Of a stretch of 20,000 nt of DNA, positions 1 through 10,570 are shown piece after piece (position 1 is the stretch's first letter; every line of letters begins with the position of its first letter). The stretch lies in IMG/VR virus record IMGVR_UViG_3300010340_000980. One strand, written 5' to 3'. Position numbers and translations under genes: made by a program. This DNA comes from an uncultured virus (IMG/VR IMGVR_UViG_3300010340_000980) (taxonomy: Duplodnaviria > Heunggongvirae > Uroviricota > Caudoviricetes). The notes under the pieces are model-generated. The model was not told the origin of the DNA. It searched no databases and saw nothing but the letters and a program-made list of their open reading frames with translations.

Positions 1-1
1 A

Positions 2-625
2 TTAATTAGTGGTAGTGACTTATCTACTGAGAATAAAAAATTAGATATTTATATTTCAACAATAAACCCATTAGGTATAGCAACTGCATCGGCAACTGAT
101 GAAACAGAAATTGAAACATTAATAATAAGCGATATCGATTTACCAATTTTTTATAATAAAACAACTAGTCAACCCAATTCCGCAAAAACTTGGAAAAATT
201 TTGATTTCAAGATTGATTTAAATAGTGATATAATTTTAACATCTAATAATTTACTAGAATTAACAATAGATTCTAATCCTAATGTAGTTTATAATTCTAT
301 AAAACAGGGAGATTCATATACATTAAATAATTTATTTATTGGAACAAGTTCAGTTTTTGATTTCTCAGGACAATATTTAGTCAACTCTGTTGGATTAACA
401 TCATCATTAATTAGATTAGATATATCTAGTAACACAGATTTTATTGATTATGGAACTGGTCAATTACCATTAACAATACACTCAACAGCTTCTTCTATTT
501 TATCTAATAATCCTTATTTGGATATAAATAAAGGACAAATGATTAAGATAACAAGGATAAATGAATTAGATCAAATTCCAGTTGCTGAAAAATATCTTAT
601 AGATATAAGAGATATTCAATATTAA
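2..625 (+). CDS. 5'-partial hypothetical protein, probably virion structural
   Basis: Frame 2 is open from the window edge (LISGSDLSTENKKLDIY...KYLIDIRDIQY) to TAA at 623-625; Ser/Thr/Ile/Asn-rich; absent from the ORF track because the start lies outside the window. Confidence 0.75.
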   Translation, partial: LISGSDLSTENKKLDIYISTINPLGIATASATDETEIETLIISDIDLPIFYNKTTSQPNSAKTWKNFDFKIDLNSDIILTSNNLLELTIDSNPNVVYNSIKQGDSYTLNNLFIGTSSVFDFSGQYLVNSVGLTSSLIRLDISSNTDFIDYGTGQLPLTIHSTASSILSNNPYLDINKGQMIKITRINELDQIPVAEKYLIDIRDIQY

Positions 626-676
626 TATAGTTTAAGTTTCGGGATTTAATATATATGTTAAATTTAAAACTAAACT

Positions 677-1834
677 ATGTGTATAGGTTGTCCAGGAGCA
701 TCAATATTTGGTAACAAAAACCAGTATATTAAAATACAGAATTCTGATTTTGTGGCAATTGAAGGTGCCAATACAATAGAAAGATTAATTGGTGGGGATA
801 TTAGAATTCCCTATAAACAATTACTAAAAAGTAGAGTAGTATTGAAAGCGGGTCAAACAAACTATTTATTAAATCACTTAGGACTTGGAGATAATGCAAC
901 ATTTTTAGTAATTAAAGCTACTTATAATACAGCATCTGTAAATGAAGAAGATAATTATGTAGATTATTATTACTATGATGATCTATCATCAAGATTTTCT
1001 TTTAATCAATTAATGGTTCTAACAGGAAATTCAACTAATAGAATTAAACAATTATATTTAACTAATCCAAACATAAAATATGCAGTTACATTAGATGTAA
1101 TGGTTGCTGTTCTAGATGATACATATTCATTTTTCCCAGATATAGTTAATCAAAGTGGAACATCATTTACTGGATTATCATACACAGATATATCATCTTA
1201 TATAGTTGGTGAATCTATTGTTATTAAAGATATTAATAATAGACCTCTTATTTATATAAATTTATCAAGTATTAATTCAATATCAAGAACGTCTAATATT
1301 TTAACAATTGATGATGAAACATTAGGTACATTATTATTAATTTTTTTAACTGAATATGATGCTATTCAATCTCACTCAATATTAAATTATATTTTATCAA
1401 ATCCAAATATTGATATTGCAAATATTGATCCATTAGCAGATAGTATAGATCCAGTAATGTATTTTAAATCATACGTTGGTGGAACTGGAGCAACAATCTC
1501 ATCATCATTGACATCATCTATACCAACTTATACAGGAGGATCATCATATAGCGTTACAGGATATACATTCTCAACATCTATATCATTATCAAGTTATGGT
1601 ACATCAAGCGTAATTACTAAAAATAATTTAATTAGTCTATTAATTGATTCAGTAATCGATAATAGAGATGGTATTATGTCAATAACAGGGTCTAATTTAA
1701 TACTACTTGGAACTGAAAGTAATTTAGTTTCATCAATATTGTCGATTGGAACACACTCACTATCTTTTGACTTCTCAGATATTGCTCAGAATTACTTAGA
1801 TGGTGTAATAATCTATTTAGATATAACTTCTTAA
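677..1834 (+). CDS. hypothetical protein, probably virion structural (Ser/Thr/Ile-rich)
   Basis: 385-aa ORF preceded by TAATATATA (647-655); composition typical of phage structural proteins; no recognised family motif. Confidence 0.7.
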   Translation: MCIGCPGASIFGNKNQYIKIQNSDFVAIEGANTIERLIGGDIRIPYKQLLKSRVVLKAGQTNYLLNHLGLGDNATFLVIKATYNTASVNEEDNYVDYYYYDDLSSRFSFNQLMVLTGNSTNRIKQLYLTNPNIKYAVTLDVMVAVLDDTYSFFPDIVNQSGTSFTGLSYTDISSYIVGESIVIKDINNRPLIYINLSSINSISRTSNILTIDDETLGTLLLIFLTEYDAIQSHSILNYILSNPNIDIANIDPLADSIDPVMYFKSYVGGTGATISSSLTSSIPTYTGGSSYSVTGYTFSTSISLSSYGTSSVITKNNLISLLIDSVIDNRDGIMSITGSNLILLGTESNLVSSILSIGTHSLSFDFSDIAQNYLDGVIIYLDITS

Positions 1835-1898
1835 AAATTATAAAATATATGGCTTATAAATTAGAAAACTTTTTAATTCAAACATCGGATTCTGATAG

Positions 1899-2036
1899 AT
1901 GGCGGTAACAGAGGAAAAGGCTAATCAACTTATTGAATCTGCGAAATTTTCAATAATTGAGAAAATGAATCCTAGGGAATTTTTAGAAAAGTATAACTTA
2001 AAAAAGATTGGAAAAAATGGACCACTTGGATTATAA
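1899..2036 (+). CDS. small hypothetical protein or gene remnant (45 aa, MAVTEEKANQ...GPLGL)
   Basis: Hand-translated ORF filling the gap; overlaps a 19-codon ORF starting at 1849 (MAYKLENFLIQ...), so possibly a deletion scar. Confidence 0.35.
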   Translation: MAVTEEKANQLIESAKFSIIEKMNPREFLEKYNLKKIGKNGPLGL

Positions 2037-2643
2037 AATCAAGAAAAATTTTATTACAGATCTTGAAGCTAAACAAATAATAAATTGGATAGATTCTATT
2101 AATCATAAAGGTGATGATGGTAATCATCACCTTAAAGAACTATCTAAAGTATTGAATGGTAAATCTTATATTTTTGATATTTCAAATACTAGTTTAACCA
2201 ATTATATAACAAAATTTCAGTCTATATCAGATGTTTCATATGATATTTTACCAGAAATTATACATACAATTATTAATAGAATATCTAAAGAATTCAATTT
2301 TCCAAAAGATAATATTTTTTTACAAGCTGTTGATATGAGTAGAGGTGGTAAAATTAATCCACATTATGATCCAGCAATTAATGGATATATAAACTACAAA
2401 TGTAATATAAGTATATCATCAGAAGATTATGATTTTTTTATTGATAAAAAATCAATAAAAATACAAGAAACAGACCTTTATGGATTTGAAGCATCATTAT
2501 ATAAACATTGGACTAATGAATTCAATTCAAGAAGAATTTTTCTAAGTTTTGGATTCATATTACCATATTCAATATTAAATAGAAATGAAAATGATCCAAG
2601 AATCAGATTATCAAAAAGAATAGAGAAGTATTTTCAAAAGTGA
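2017..2643 (+). CDS. 2OG-Fe(II) oxygenase superfamily protein
   Basis: HxD (INPHYD), distal His (YKHWT) and Arg (SRRIFLSF) in the DSBH order; ATG at 2017 preferred over TTG at 2008. Confidence 0.75.
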   Translation: MDHLDYKIKKNFITDLEAKQIINWIDSINHKGDDGNHHLKELSKVLNGKSYIFDISNTSLTNYITKFQSISDVSYDILPEIIHTIINRISKEFNFPKDNIFLQAVDMSRGGKINPHYDPAINGYINYKCNISISSEDYDFFIDKKSIKIQETDLYGFEASLYKHWTNEFNSRRIFLSFGFILPYSILNRNENDPRIRLSKRIEKYFQK

Positions 2644-2654
2644 ATATATAACCA

Positions 2655-3611
2655 ATGATTAAAAAATATAGTCAATTTATCTCAGAATCATTTTCTGTCG
2701 AAGATCATCATTCACTTGGTGAGTATATTGAAAAACTAGCAGAAAATGATAAATTTATTCAAATGATTGTTGGTCAGATGACTGGTGATATAGATGTATC
2801 TATTAGAATGTCTAATGCTATTAATTTATTAGATGATTTAGAAAAAGTTGAATTACTTAAAAGAGTTGAGAATCACTTAAATGGAGTTGAAGGTGAAGTA
2901 AGTGTAAGTGCAACTGTCGATTTAGAAACCGTCGAACCAAATGAAATAAATGAGGCTTATGGTAAAAGTGTTCTAAATACATTTTTTAAATGCCTTACAG
3001 CTCTTGGATTCAAAGACAGCACCCCACAAACTAATGAAGTTCCAACTGAATTTTTAATGTTCTTTAAATTAAGTGGAGTTGAATCATCAAAAATAGAAGG
3101 TGTATTTCAACGTTTTAAATCTCTACAATCAATTAATGTTGATTATAGTCGTCCAACTATGGGATTATATTTTGGAATCAAATGTGATGGTTTATTTGAA
3201 TATGGATACTATTATGATGATTTATTACCAATTGGACAATTTAAATTGACCAAATCTATTTATAATAAAATAAGATTAACGGAATTAAAATCTGCTTCAG
3301 GTCTTAAAAAGATATTAGTTAATCTTAATTTTGAAGATATTGTTTTAATGTCAAAAATTAAAATAGAAATGGATAAGTTTAATCCAGGATATTTTGAACA
3401 AAAAATGGTTCCACAAATTAATGAGAGAACTATGACATTTGGATTTTATGGGGTTGGTAAATGGGATAATGGTCAATTGGATGCTGGTGAATTTGAAAAT
3501 GTTAAAAGTAATTTAAAAATGTTTTTATCAAAATATAAATGGTCCGAAAAGATCATGATAAGTGTTCAACCAAGTAAATTTTGGGTTTATATACAAATAA
3601 AATTGAAGTAA
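2655..3611 (+). CDS. hypothetical protein with capsid-targeting-like N-terminus (MIKKYSQFISES)
   Basis: 318-aa ORF; GAATATATA at 2642-2650 just upstream. Confidence 0.8.
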   Translation: MIKKYSQFISESFSVEDHHSLGEYIEKLAENDKFIQMIVGQMTGDIDVSIRMSNAINLLDDLEKVELLKRVENHLNGVEGEVSVSATVDLETVEPNEINEAYGKSVLNTFFKCLTALGFKDSTPQTNEVPTEFLMFFKLSGVESSKIEGVFQRFKSLQSINVDYSRPTMGLYFGIKCDGLFEYGYYYDDLLPIGQFKLTKSIYNKIRLTELKSASGLKKILVNLNFEDIVLMSKIKIEMDKFNPGYFEQKMVPQINERTMTFGFYGVGKWDNGQLDAGEFENVKSNLKMFLSKYKWSEKIMISVQPSKFWVYIQIKLK

Positions 3612-4153
3612 TGAAGTATATCCAGAGTATTTTTGAAAAATTAGATAAAACTAGAAATCAAATTCAATATGCAATAGATGAGTATAATAGATTACTTATT
3701 AGAGATGAAGTATGGAATAATTTTTATAACAAAATAGATTTAGAAAATAAAGATCCCAAATTTCTAAATGATATTTGTGAATTTGGTGAAAATAGATTAA
3801 AAGAAATAAAAAAAGAAAAAGAAGAAGATTTGCAACTAGTTAAGGATTTAGTTACAGATTATTTAGAAGATTGTGAGTCAATTAATTCAGAAGAATTAAG
3901 AATAAGAGGAGCTCAAAGAGGATCAGGATATGAAATAGAATTGACAATTGCTTTTTCAAAAAAATGTATAAAAGATAGAAAACGTGTTGATAGAGACTTT
4001 CAAATAACAGAAAATGAAATTATGGATTACTGGGAAAATTTAATTAATCTATTCAAAGTACTTAAATCAAATGGATTTGAATCAAATATAAGATATTATC
4101 AACCTAACGGTGTTGAAATGAAAATTACAATTGAAAGAAAACATGAAAATTAA
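3611..4153 (+). CDS. hypothetical protein (MKYIQSIFE...)
   Basis: ATG at 3611 overlaps the upstream TAA (TAATG), more plausible than the 3581 start. Confidence 0.75.
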   Translation: MKYIQSIFEKLDKTRNQIQYAIDEYNRLLIRDEVWNNFYNKIDLENKDPKFLNDICEFGENRLKEIKKEKEEDLQLVKDLVTDYLEDCESINSEELRIRGAQRGSGYEIELTIAFSKKCIKDRKRVDRDFQITENEIMDYWENLINLFKVLKSNGFESNIRYYQPNGVEMKITIERKHEN

Positions 4154-4664
4154 GAAATTTAACGAAAGTATAACTAAAAAAGATTCACCATTTACCAACT
4201 GGGAAATGATGGAACAACTTATTGCACCTATTATTAAATATGATTGGACAATCTATTATAAATTCTATACTATGTATGATGAAGATGTAATGCCACTTGG
4301 TCCTAAACACACTAAAAACTTTACAGACGAATTTTGGGATACTTTAGGATTAAATATAGAGGAAAATGGATATTCATTAGGATCAACAAATAAACTAATT
4401 GTATATGGATGTATTATAGATATTAATGATCAAATATTTAATGGTCTATCAAGAGATGAACAAAGAGGTGGAAGACCATTCTCAACTTATGATTCGGAAA
4501 AATTAATTCAAATATTAGAAGATATTGAAAGAATAAAAGATGATTGTGTAACAGAAGGATTGACTCTATCTATGTTTATAGGTAATGAGGGATTTAACTC
4601 AACGAGTAATTTTAATAGAGATGCTCAAATATCACTTTTGATTTTAGATGGTGTTTTTAAATAA
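4143..4664 (+). CDS. hypothetical protein (MKIKKFNES...)
   Basis: ATG at 4143 gives the shared N-terminal motif. Confidence 0.75.
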   Translation: MKIKKFNESITKKDSPFTNWEMMEQLIAPIIKYDWTIYYKFYTMYDEDVMPLGPKHTKNFTDEFWDTLGLNIEENGYSLGSTNKLIVYGCIIDINDQIFNGLSRDEQRGGRPFSTYDSEKLIQILEDIERIKDDCVTEGLTLSMFIGNEGFNSTSNFNRDAQISLLILDGVFK

Positions 4665-4672
4665 TATGAAAT

Positions 4673-5053
4673 ATGAAATACTTAAAATATCTGAAAGAAA
4701 GTATTATATCTGATAAAATTGATAGATTAGAAGATCTAACATTTAACTTAAAAGATAATGATTTGATGGTAGATTTTATAAAATCTAATCCCTATGTCTT
4801 TATACTACGTGATGGTACTGATCATATTACTTCATTCACCAATCATAAATGGGATGGTAATAAATACGTTTTTATTTTAATTTATAAAATAAAAAATAAA
4901 CAACTTGAAAAATTTAATAATGAAGAATTATTAATTATTGAAGAATTTAGAAAAACATTAAGAAGTTATAAATTAGAACGATCTATTTCGGGCGGAGATG
5001 GATTCTTTCTTTACTCTATACTAAAAAGAGATCTTTATAATTCTAATTTATAA
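4673..5053 (+). CDS. hypothetical protein (MKYLKYLKES...)
   Basis: 126-aa ORF in a tightly packed run; shared N-terminal motif. Confidence 0.75.
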   Translation: MKYLKYLKESIISDKIDRLEDLTFNLKDNDLMVDFIKSNPYVFILRDGTDHITSFTNHKWDGNKYVFILIYKIKNKQLEKFNNEELLIIEEFRKTLRSYKLERSISGGDGFFLYSILKRDLYNSNL

Positions 5054-5063
5054 TATATACAAT

Positions 5064-5390
5064 ATGAAATATCTTAGAAAATATAACGAAAATATTAATA
5101 CTTTTGATGTTGATTTTGCAATATCAAAAATAAAAGAACATTTTGATTTCAAAAAAGTTAAAGAAATGTTAGATAAAGAAGTTCTTGAATGGACACCAGA
5201 GGATGAAGATGGATCATATTATTCAGAACATTCAAATGGGGAGGCAGAAGATACAATTATCACACATTTAATTGATTGGTATTCTATAAAATATCCTTCA
5301 TCATATTCAGAAGAAAATGAAGAAGCTAGTAGTAATTATTCAGTTCTTAGAAAAGCTATTCAAAAAGAATATAATTTTTTAAATTATTAA
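5064..5390 (+). CDS. hypothetical protein (MKYLRKYNEN...)
   Basis: 108-aa ORF; TAATATATA at 5051-5059; stop codon lies in the left TSD of the IS. Confidence 0.8.
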   Translation: MKYLRKYNENINTFDVDFAISKIKEHFDFKKVKEMLDKEVLEWTPEDEDGSYYSEHSNGEAEDTIITHLIDWYSIKYPSSYSEENEEASSNYSVLRKAIQKEYNFLNY

Positions 5391-5416
5391 GGGAACTATA
5401 TACTTGTTTAACCTAA
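5391..5416 (+). repeat. terminal inverted repeat, transposase-distal end
   Basis: Exact reverse complement of 12815-12840. Confidence 0.92.
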
Positions 5417-5466
5417 ACTAATTCCATTTTTTATTATATATTAATTTTAATTTTTGTTCTTTTTCC

Positions 5467-6026
5467 TTATCTTTGAGGGATTATCTTTAAATATCTTATA
5501 TTTAAAGTATAAGATGATATTAGAGACCAAAGAAATTTTGACATCTGAGATATATAAGAGTATTCCTTTAGAGGATTTGATCCTATTAAAAGAGAAAGCA
5601 TAGTTTTTTCATCCTCTGTTATAGTACCTTCTCCCATTTTTTCAAATAGATTGTCAATGGTCTCCCTTCTATTAGTATTAGATTGATTGCTTTTTATCAA
5701 CTCTAAGAATTTCTGAAATCTGTTGTAAAGTCTATTATTCTCATCTGGTTTATTTAAGAAATCGTAACTTTCCCACCCTTCTTGCAAATATTCCAATATC
5801 TCAGTTCTAAAGTAGGTTTTTCCTAATTTCTCATATATCTCCCCATTTTTAATTTCCTTTGGGATATATCTAGTATCGCCAATATTTTTAAGAACTTCAT
5901 CTATACCTATACCAAAGTAGTCTTCTATCATCTGGACATTTCTATCCCGTTTGATATTGGTAATATATCCATAATCATCATACTCACCATGTATTGGAAA
6001 TCCAAATGGTGAGAAGAATGTTTGAC
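5467..6026 (-). pseudogene. internal fragment of a hypothetical phage gene
   Basis: Protein-like core (FFSPFGFPIHGEYDDYG...) whose nominal start lies in the antisense strand of the helicase gene; the last ~20 residues look out of frame (another frame reads ISLVSNIILYFKYKIFKDNPSKIRKKNKN*). Confidence 0.55.
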
Positions 6027-8810
6027 AACGAAGTTCATTATGGTGTTGAAACTGAAAAAACACAGGATTTCTTAAACAAGATTAAATATACAAGAATGTT
6101 AGGTTTGTCAGCAACTCCAACAAGAAATTTACTATGTGGTAGATTTTCTAAGGAACAAATTCATAACTATACCTTAGTTGAGGAAGTCAAATTGAAAAAA
6201 CAATACCCAGATTTATATCCATATGCTGATATTAACTTCCTTATTTGGAACTTATCTGGTAGTGAGAAATCGGAATTGAAATATTTTTCTGATGAAGAAC
6301 AATTTAAGTTTGATAAGTTTTTTAGAATTGAAGGTGATGAATTTTATTACAAGTCTGATATTATCTATCTTTTTAAGAAATTATCTGGTGATAGAGATAT
6401 ATGTCGTAGAGATAAATTAGGAACTTCTTATCCATTTAAAAACAATGGTGAATTTTCTGTTGTAAAATCTATATTATTATTCCTTCCAAATATTGCTGTT
6501 CAATATAAATTGAAATCATTATTGGAAGAATTGGAATCTTATGATGATTTTAATATTCATATTACAAATAGCAATGAATATTCATCTAATCAATTAATTA
6601 AAAGAATTAGAAGAGAATTTAAGTCAGGTGATAAGAGAAGTTTAATTTTAGCAGTTGATCAATTAACAACTGGAATTACATTAGATGATTGTGATATGGT
6701 CGTTTTAATGAATGATTGGAGGTCAGTTGATAAATATGTTCAAGCATCATTTAGATGCCAATCTCCAAGAGAAGGTAAAGAAAATTGTTGGGTATTGGAT
6801 TTCAATGCTGCTCGTTCATTTGAATTGATGTGGGAATATCAAAACATTATCTCAAAAAATAATGGAAAAGGAATTGCTGAAAATATCAAAGAATGGGTTG
6901 AGTGTGTAAATATCTTCAATAGAATTGAAGGTGAAATGATTAAAGTTGATTTTGATGGATTCAATAATGAATATAATAAGTCTGTTTTAGAAAGACCGAG
7001 ATTTAATTATCAATCTGTTATTTTACAAGATAAGTTGGGACATGATAATATCAGTAAGGCTTTAATGGCAATTGGTATTAAGGGTGGTTCATCATCTTCT
7101 GATGAAGATTTGAATGATGATGGTATTGATAAGGGCAAGAGTAAAAAAGGTGGAAATGTTGGTGGTAAGAAGGGAGAAAAGAAAGAGGAAATAAGTCAAG
7201 TTAAATTAATGGAGATTGCTAAGGCATTAGTCGATAAAACTATGTTGTTGAGTATTTTTACTTACTTCAAACATGATAATGTAGATGATTGTTTTAAGTC
7301 ATTAGAAGAAGATAATACAATCGTTAAAGGTATTGGTGATTTGGAAAGAAAGATGTATTTGGAGACATTATTATTAGGAATGAATGACGTTGATAAGGTA
7401 GATTTGAGTGTTATCAAGTTTATTTATGATAATATATTTGACAAAGAGATAGTCAATAAGAAGATATATTTATTCAACCAAAACGTAAATTTAATATATA
7501 ATAGTATCGGGGAAAATCCTGGTATTATTAGTGATATGTTAGGAAATTTAATGGAATTGGTGGATAGTTATTTGAAGCCTTCAAATACGGAGAAGAAAAT
7601 GCTTGGTGAAGTTTTCACAAGTTTAGAATTGGTTGAAGAAATGCTGGATAAACTTCCAGTTGAAGTTTGGTCTAATCCTGAATTGAAATTTTTAGATCCG
7701 GCAAATGGGATCGGAAATTTTCCGGTTATTCTTGTTAAGAAATTAATGGAAGGGTTAAAGGATTGGCAACCTGATTCGGAATTGAGATTAAAACACATCT
7801 TAGAGAATCAAATTTATGTTTGTGAATTACAATCTAAGAATATGTTTATTTACTTACAATTATTTGATTCGGAAAATAAGTATAAGTTGAATTTTCATAG
7901 AGGATCTTTCTTAGATGAAAATTTCAAGTATGTTATGAAGGAATGGGGAGTTGATAAATTTGACGTTGTTGTTGGGAACCCTCCTTATAATAATGATCAA
8001 AAAGCAGAAGGTAAGAGAGGCGGAGGTTCCACTTTATGGGATAAATTTGTTATAAAAGTTTTAAATTCTTTTTTAAAGGAAAATGGATATTTAGTTTTTG
8101 TTCATCCTACTCTTTGGAGAAAACCTCAATCAGATAGAAGCACTTCAAAGGAAGTTAGTGAATTAATGATGAAAAAACAAATTCATTATTTAGAGTGTCA
8201 TGATTCAAATGATGGAATGAAAGTTTTCAACGCTGGAACAAGGTATGATTTTTACGTTTTGGAAAATTGTCCGATATATAAAGAGACATTAATAAATGGT
8301 GAAGATAGAAAGGATGTTTTAGTCAATCTTAAAAATTATGATTTCATTCCAAATTATAATTTAGAACTTTTTGATAGAATAATAGCAAAAGAAGGTGAGG
8401 ATAAATGTCCTATACTTTTTAATGTTTCAAATTATGAAACTAGAAAATCATGGGTATCTGATGATAAAAATGATGAATATAAATATACTCTAATACATTC
8501 TACTCCAAAAGGAGGAACAAGATATAAATATTCTTCAAGAAATGATAATGGTCATTTTGGTATATCAAAAGTTATATTTGGTGATAGTGGAATAGGTGAT
8601 GCCATAATTGATATGATTGGTGAATATGGAATGACACAGCACTCTATGGGGATTTTAGTATCTTCACTGGAAGAGGCCAACAATATTAAAAAAGCATTAT
8701 TGAGTAATGAGTTTAATGAGTTTTTAAAAACCGTAATGTGGTCAAATTTTCAAATTGACTGGAAGTTATTTAGTTATCTAAAAAAAGATTTTTGGAAGGA
8801 ATTCATATGA
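5994..8810 (+). CDS. 5'-truncated SF2 helicase fused to Eco57I-like N6-adenine DNA methyltransferase (Type ISP/IIG-like R-M protein)
   Basis: Helicase motifs: II remnant NEVHYG, III GLSATP, V LTTGIT, VI YVQASFRCQS, but no Walker A. MTase motifs GEVFT, FLDPANGIGNF, VGNPPY, then a TRD-like C-terminus. Confidence 0.85.
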   Translation: MEIQMVRRMFDNEVHYGVETEKTQDFLNKIKYTRMLGLSATPTRNLLCGRFSKEQIHNYTLVEEVKLKKQYPDLYPYADINFLIWNLSGSEKSELKYFSDEEQFKFDKFFRIEGDEFYYKSDIIYLFKKLSGDRDICRRDKLGTSYPFKNNGEFSVVKSILLFLPNIAVQYKLKSLLEELESYDDFNIHITNSNEYSSNQLIKRIRREFKSGDKRSLILAVDQLTTGITLDDCDMVVLMNDWRSVDKYVQASFRCQSPREGKENCWVLDFNAARSFELMWEYQNIISKNNGKGIAENIKEWVECVNIFNRIEGEMIKVDFDGFNNEYNKSVLERPRFNYQSVILQDKLGHDNISKALMAIGIKGGSSSSDEDLNDDGIDKGKSKKGGNVGGKKGEKKEEISQVKLMEIAKALVDKTMLLSIFTYFKHDNVDDCFKSLEEDNTIVKGIGDLERKMYLETLLLGMNDVDKVDLSVIKFIYDNIFDKEIVNKKIYLFNQNVNLIYNSIGENPGIISDMLGNLMELVDSYLKPSNTEKKMLGEVFTSLELVEEMLDKLPVEVWSNPELKFLDPANGIGNFPVILVKKLMEGLKDWQPDSELRLKHILENQIYVCELQSKNMFIYLQLFDSENKYKLNFHRGSFLDENFKYVMKEWGVDKFDVVVGNPPYNNDQKAEGKRGGGSTLWDKFVIKVLNSFLKENGYLVFVHPTLWRKPQSDRSTSKEVSELMMKKQIHYLECHDSNDGMKVFNAGTRYDFYVLENCPIYKETLINGEDRKDVLVNLKNYDFIPNYNLELFDRIIAKEGEDKCPILFNVSNYETRKSWVSDDKNDEYKYTLIHSTPKGGTRYKYSSRNDNGHFGISKVIFGDSGIGDAIIDMIGEYGMTQHSMGILVSSLEEANNIKKALLSNEFNEFLKTVMWSNFQIDWKLFSYLKKDFWKEFI

Positions 8811-8911
8811 AATGTATAATTGATAATTGTGATAAGAAATGTATGTATGTAGATTAATGAAAAAGTATAAACTTTCCAAGAAAAATAAGATATAAAAAGA
8901 AAAAAGATAAT

Positions 8912-9151
8912 ATGAAAAAAATAACACATAAAAGAGAGGTAAAAGGGCGAATAACTCACATTAAAGTAGATGGATTGGAAAAGACAAAACAAGAGGTATT
9001 AAATGATATTCCAAACAATGATTACTACACATATCCAGATGGATTAACAGGAAGACAAGGATCAAAAGTGCATAAAACAAAATCAGGATATATTTCAACT
9101 AACCCAAATGATGATACAAGGGATAATTTAGACAATCTTCCTAATTTTTAA
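8912..9151 (+). CDS. DUF3892-like small protein
   Basis: 79 aa with ITHIK...YISTNPNDDTRDNLDNLP, the pattern I recognise for DUF3892. Confidence 0.7.
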   Translation: MKKITHKREVKGRITHIKVDGLEKTKQEVLNDIPNNDYYTYPDGLTGRQGSKVHKTKSGYISTNPNDDTRDNLDNLPNF

Positions 9152-9285
9152 AAAATAATCCTATGAAGTGGATATCCAACAATACTCCGGTAAGAATATT
9201 ACCAAATAATTAAACAAAAGTTAGAATCTAACGACTATACAAAAACTAATCCAAGAGATATAAATCCTCATTTAGAAGAAATAAA
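9151..9285 (+). pseudogene. truncated, frameshifted copy of the 5' part of the 10261-10560 ORF
   Basis: Near-identical to ~10244-10394 with a 16-nt deletion and mostly synonymous substitutions. Confidence 0.75.
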
Positions 9286-9300
9286 AATAAATAACTAAAA

Positions 9301-10245
9301 ATGAAATACATAGTTAGGTATGAAAATTTTAACGAATCAAAAGGTATATCAGATTCTTGTGAGAAAATAACAAATCAAATATGGAATGATATAGAATCTG
9401 ATATTATAGATTCTAATAATATATCAAAAAAATTCACATTTTCAGAAGAAGATTTTAAATTAAAAGATATTCAGATAGACTTTATTTTTAATAAAGGTTT
9501 GGTAAATACTTGTAATGCTATAACCGATTTGAAAAACTCAAAAATAGAAGAAGATTATTTAAAATATACAAAAATATTATTTAATGTAAAATACCATATA
9601 ATAGATGATGCTTTTCTTTATTATATAAAATCAGTTATTTTTCATGAAATTCTTCATGTTTTTCAGAACTACAATTTAAAGATCAATGATAAATTTAGAC
9701 CAGAATCTTTTTCAATTGGTAGTATAATACCACAACTTAGAAATAGTATTAAAACTGACTATGTTTCTTATATTCTGGACATATTATATTATTCACTATC
9801 TCATGAATTATCTGCACAATTACATCAATATTATATCTATAAAATAGATGGTAGAGAATATAAACGTTTAGATGAAATAAAGAATTTACTGACTAATTTT
9901 AAGATTAAGAAATTGGATGAACAAGAATCTAAGGAATTGGACTATGTGAAAAATCATATATTAAAATCAATTAAGTATTTTACAAATAATAAAAATTATA
10001 ACAAAGATATAGATTCTTCAATATGGAATAAAAATAATGAGGAATTTCTTAATGGATTATTTAATATAATTAAATATAAATTGAATTGGATAGATAAAAA
10101 AATTAAACTTATAAATAATAAGAAAAAAATAGATTATAATGAGACATTTACTTATTATGGTGATTTACAAGATTATAAATATTTAAACTTTTCCTTATTT
10201 ATTAACCAAAACTTAAACAATTGTCCAATTATTGACAATATATAA
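9301..10245 (+). CDS. HExxH zinc-metallopeptidase-like protein
   Basis: IFHEILHVFQ plus downstream HELSA glutamate; N-terminus MKYIVRYENFNESKGISD. Confidence 0.65.
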   Translation: MKYIVRYENFNESKGISDSCEKITNQIWNDIESDIIDSNNISKKFTFSEEDFKLKDIQIDFIFNKGLVNTCNAITDLKNSKIEEDYLKYTKILFNVKYHIIDDAFLYYIKSVIFHEILHVFQNYNLKINDKFRPESFSIGSIIPQLRNSIKTDYVSYILDILYYSLSHELSAQLHQYYIYKIDGREYKRLDEIKNLLTNFKIKKLDEQESKELDYVKNHILKSIKYFTNNKNYNKDIDSSIWNKNNEEFLNGLFNIIKYKLNWIDKKIKLINNKKKIDYNETFTYYGDLQDYKYLNFSLFINQNLNNCPIIDNI

Positions 10246-10260
10246 AAATAATCCTATGAA

Positions 10261-10560
10261 GTGGATATTCAAAAATACTCTGGCAAGAGTCTCACAATAA
10301 GTGAGTATTACCAAATAATTAAACAAAAGTTAGAATCTAACGATTATACAACAACTAATCCAAGAGATATAAATCCCCATTTAGAAGCAATAAACTATCT
10401 ACAATGGGAATTTATGTCAGATAGAAAAGATCCAAGAATAGATAAAGTATTCTCTGATATTTGTATTCCAAATAATATCAATGGAGGAGAACTTGATATT
10501 GATTTTTCTAAATATTCAGTTGAAGAATTTCTTAGGGAGATAATGAAATTGAAAAATTAA
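10261..10560 (+). CDS. hypothetical protein, possibly 5'-truncated
   Basis: 99-aa ORF with GTG start; synonymous differences against the upstream copy support this frame. Confidence 0.55.
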   Translation: MDIQKYSGKSLTISEYYQIIKQKLESNDYTTTNPRDINPHLEAINYLQWEFMSDRKDPRIDKVFSDICIPNNINGGELDIDFSKYSVEEFLREIMKLKN

Positions 10561-10570
10561 TATATATTTT

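Noticed and set aside
7492..7500. TAATATATA inside the helicase-MTase gene
   Set aside because: Intragenic and expected by chance in such AT-rich DNA; not counted as a promoter.
5994..8810. Intact restriction-modification system
   Set aside because: The N-terminal nuclease and Walker A region is missing; only the MTase half looks complete.
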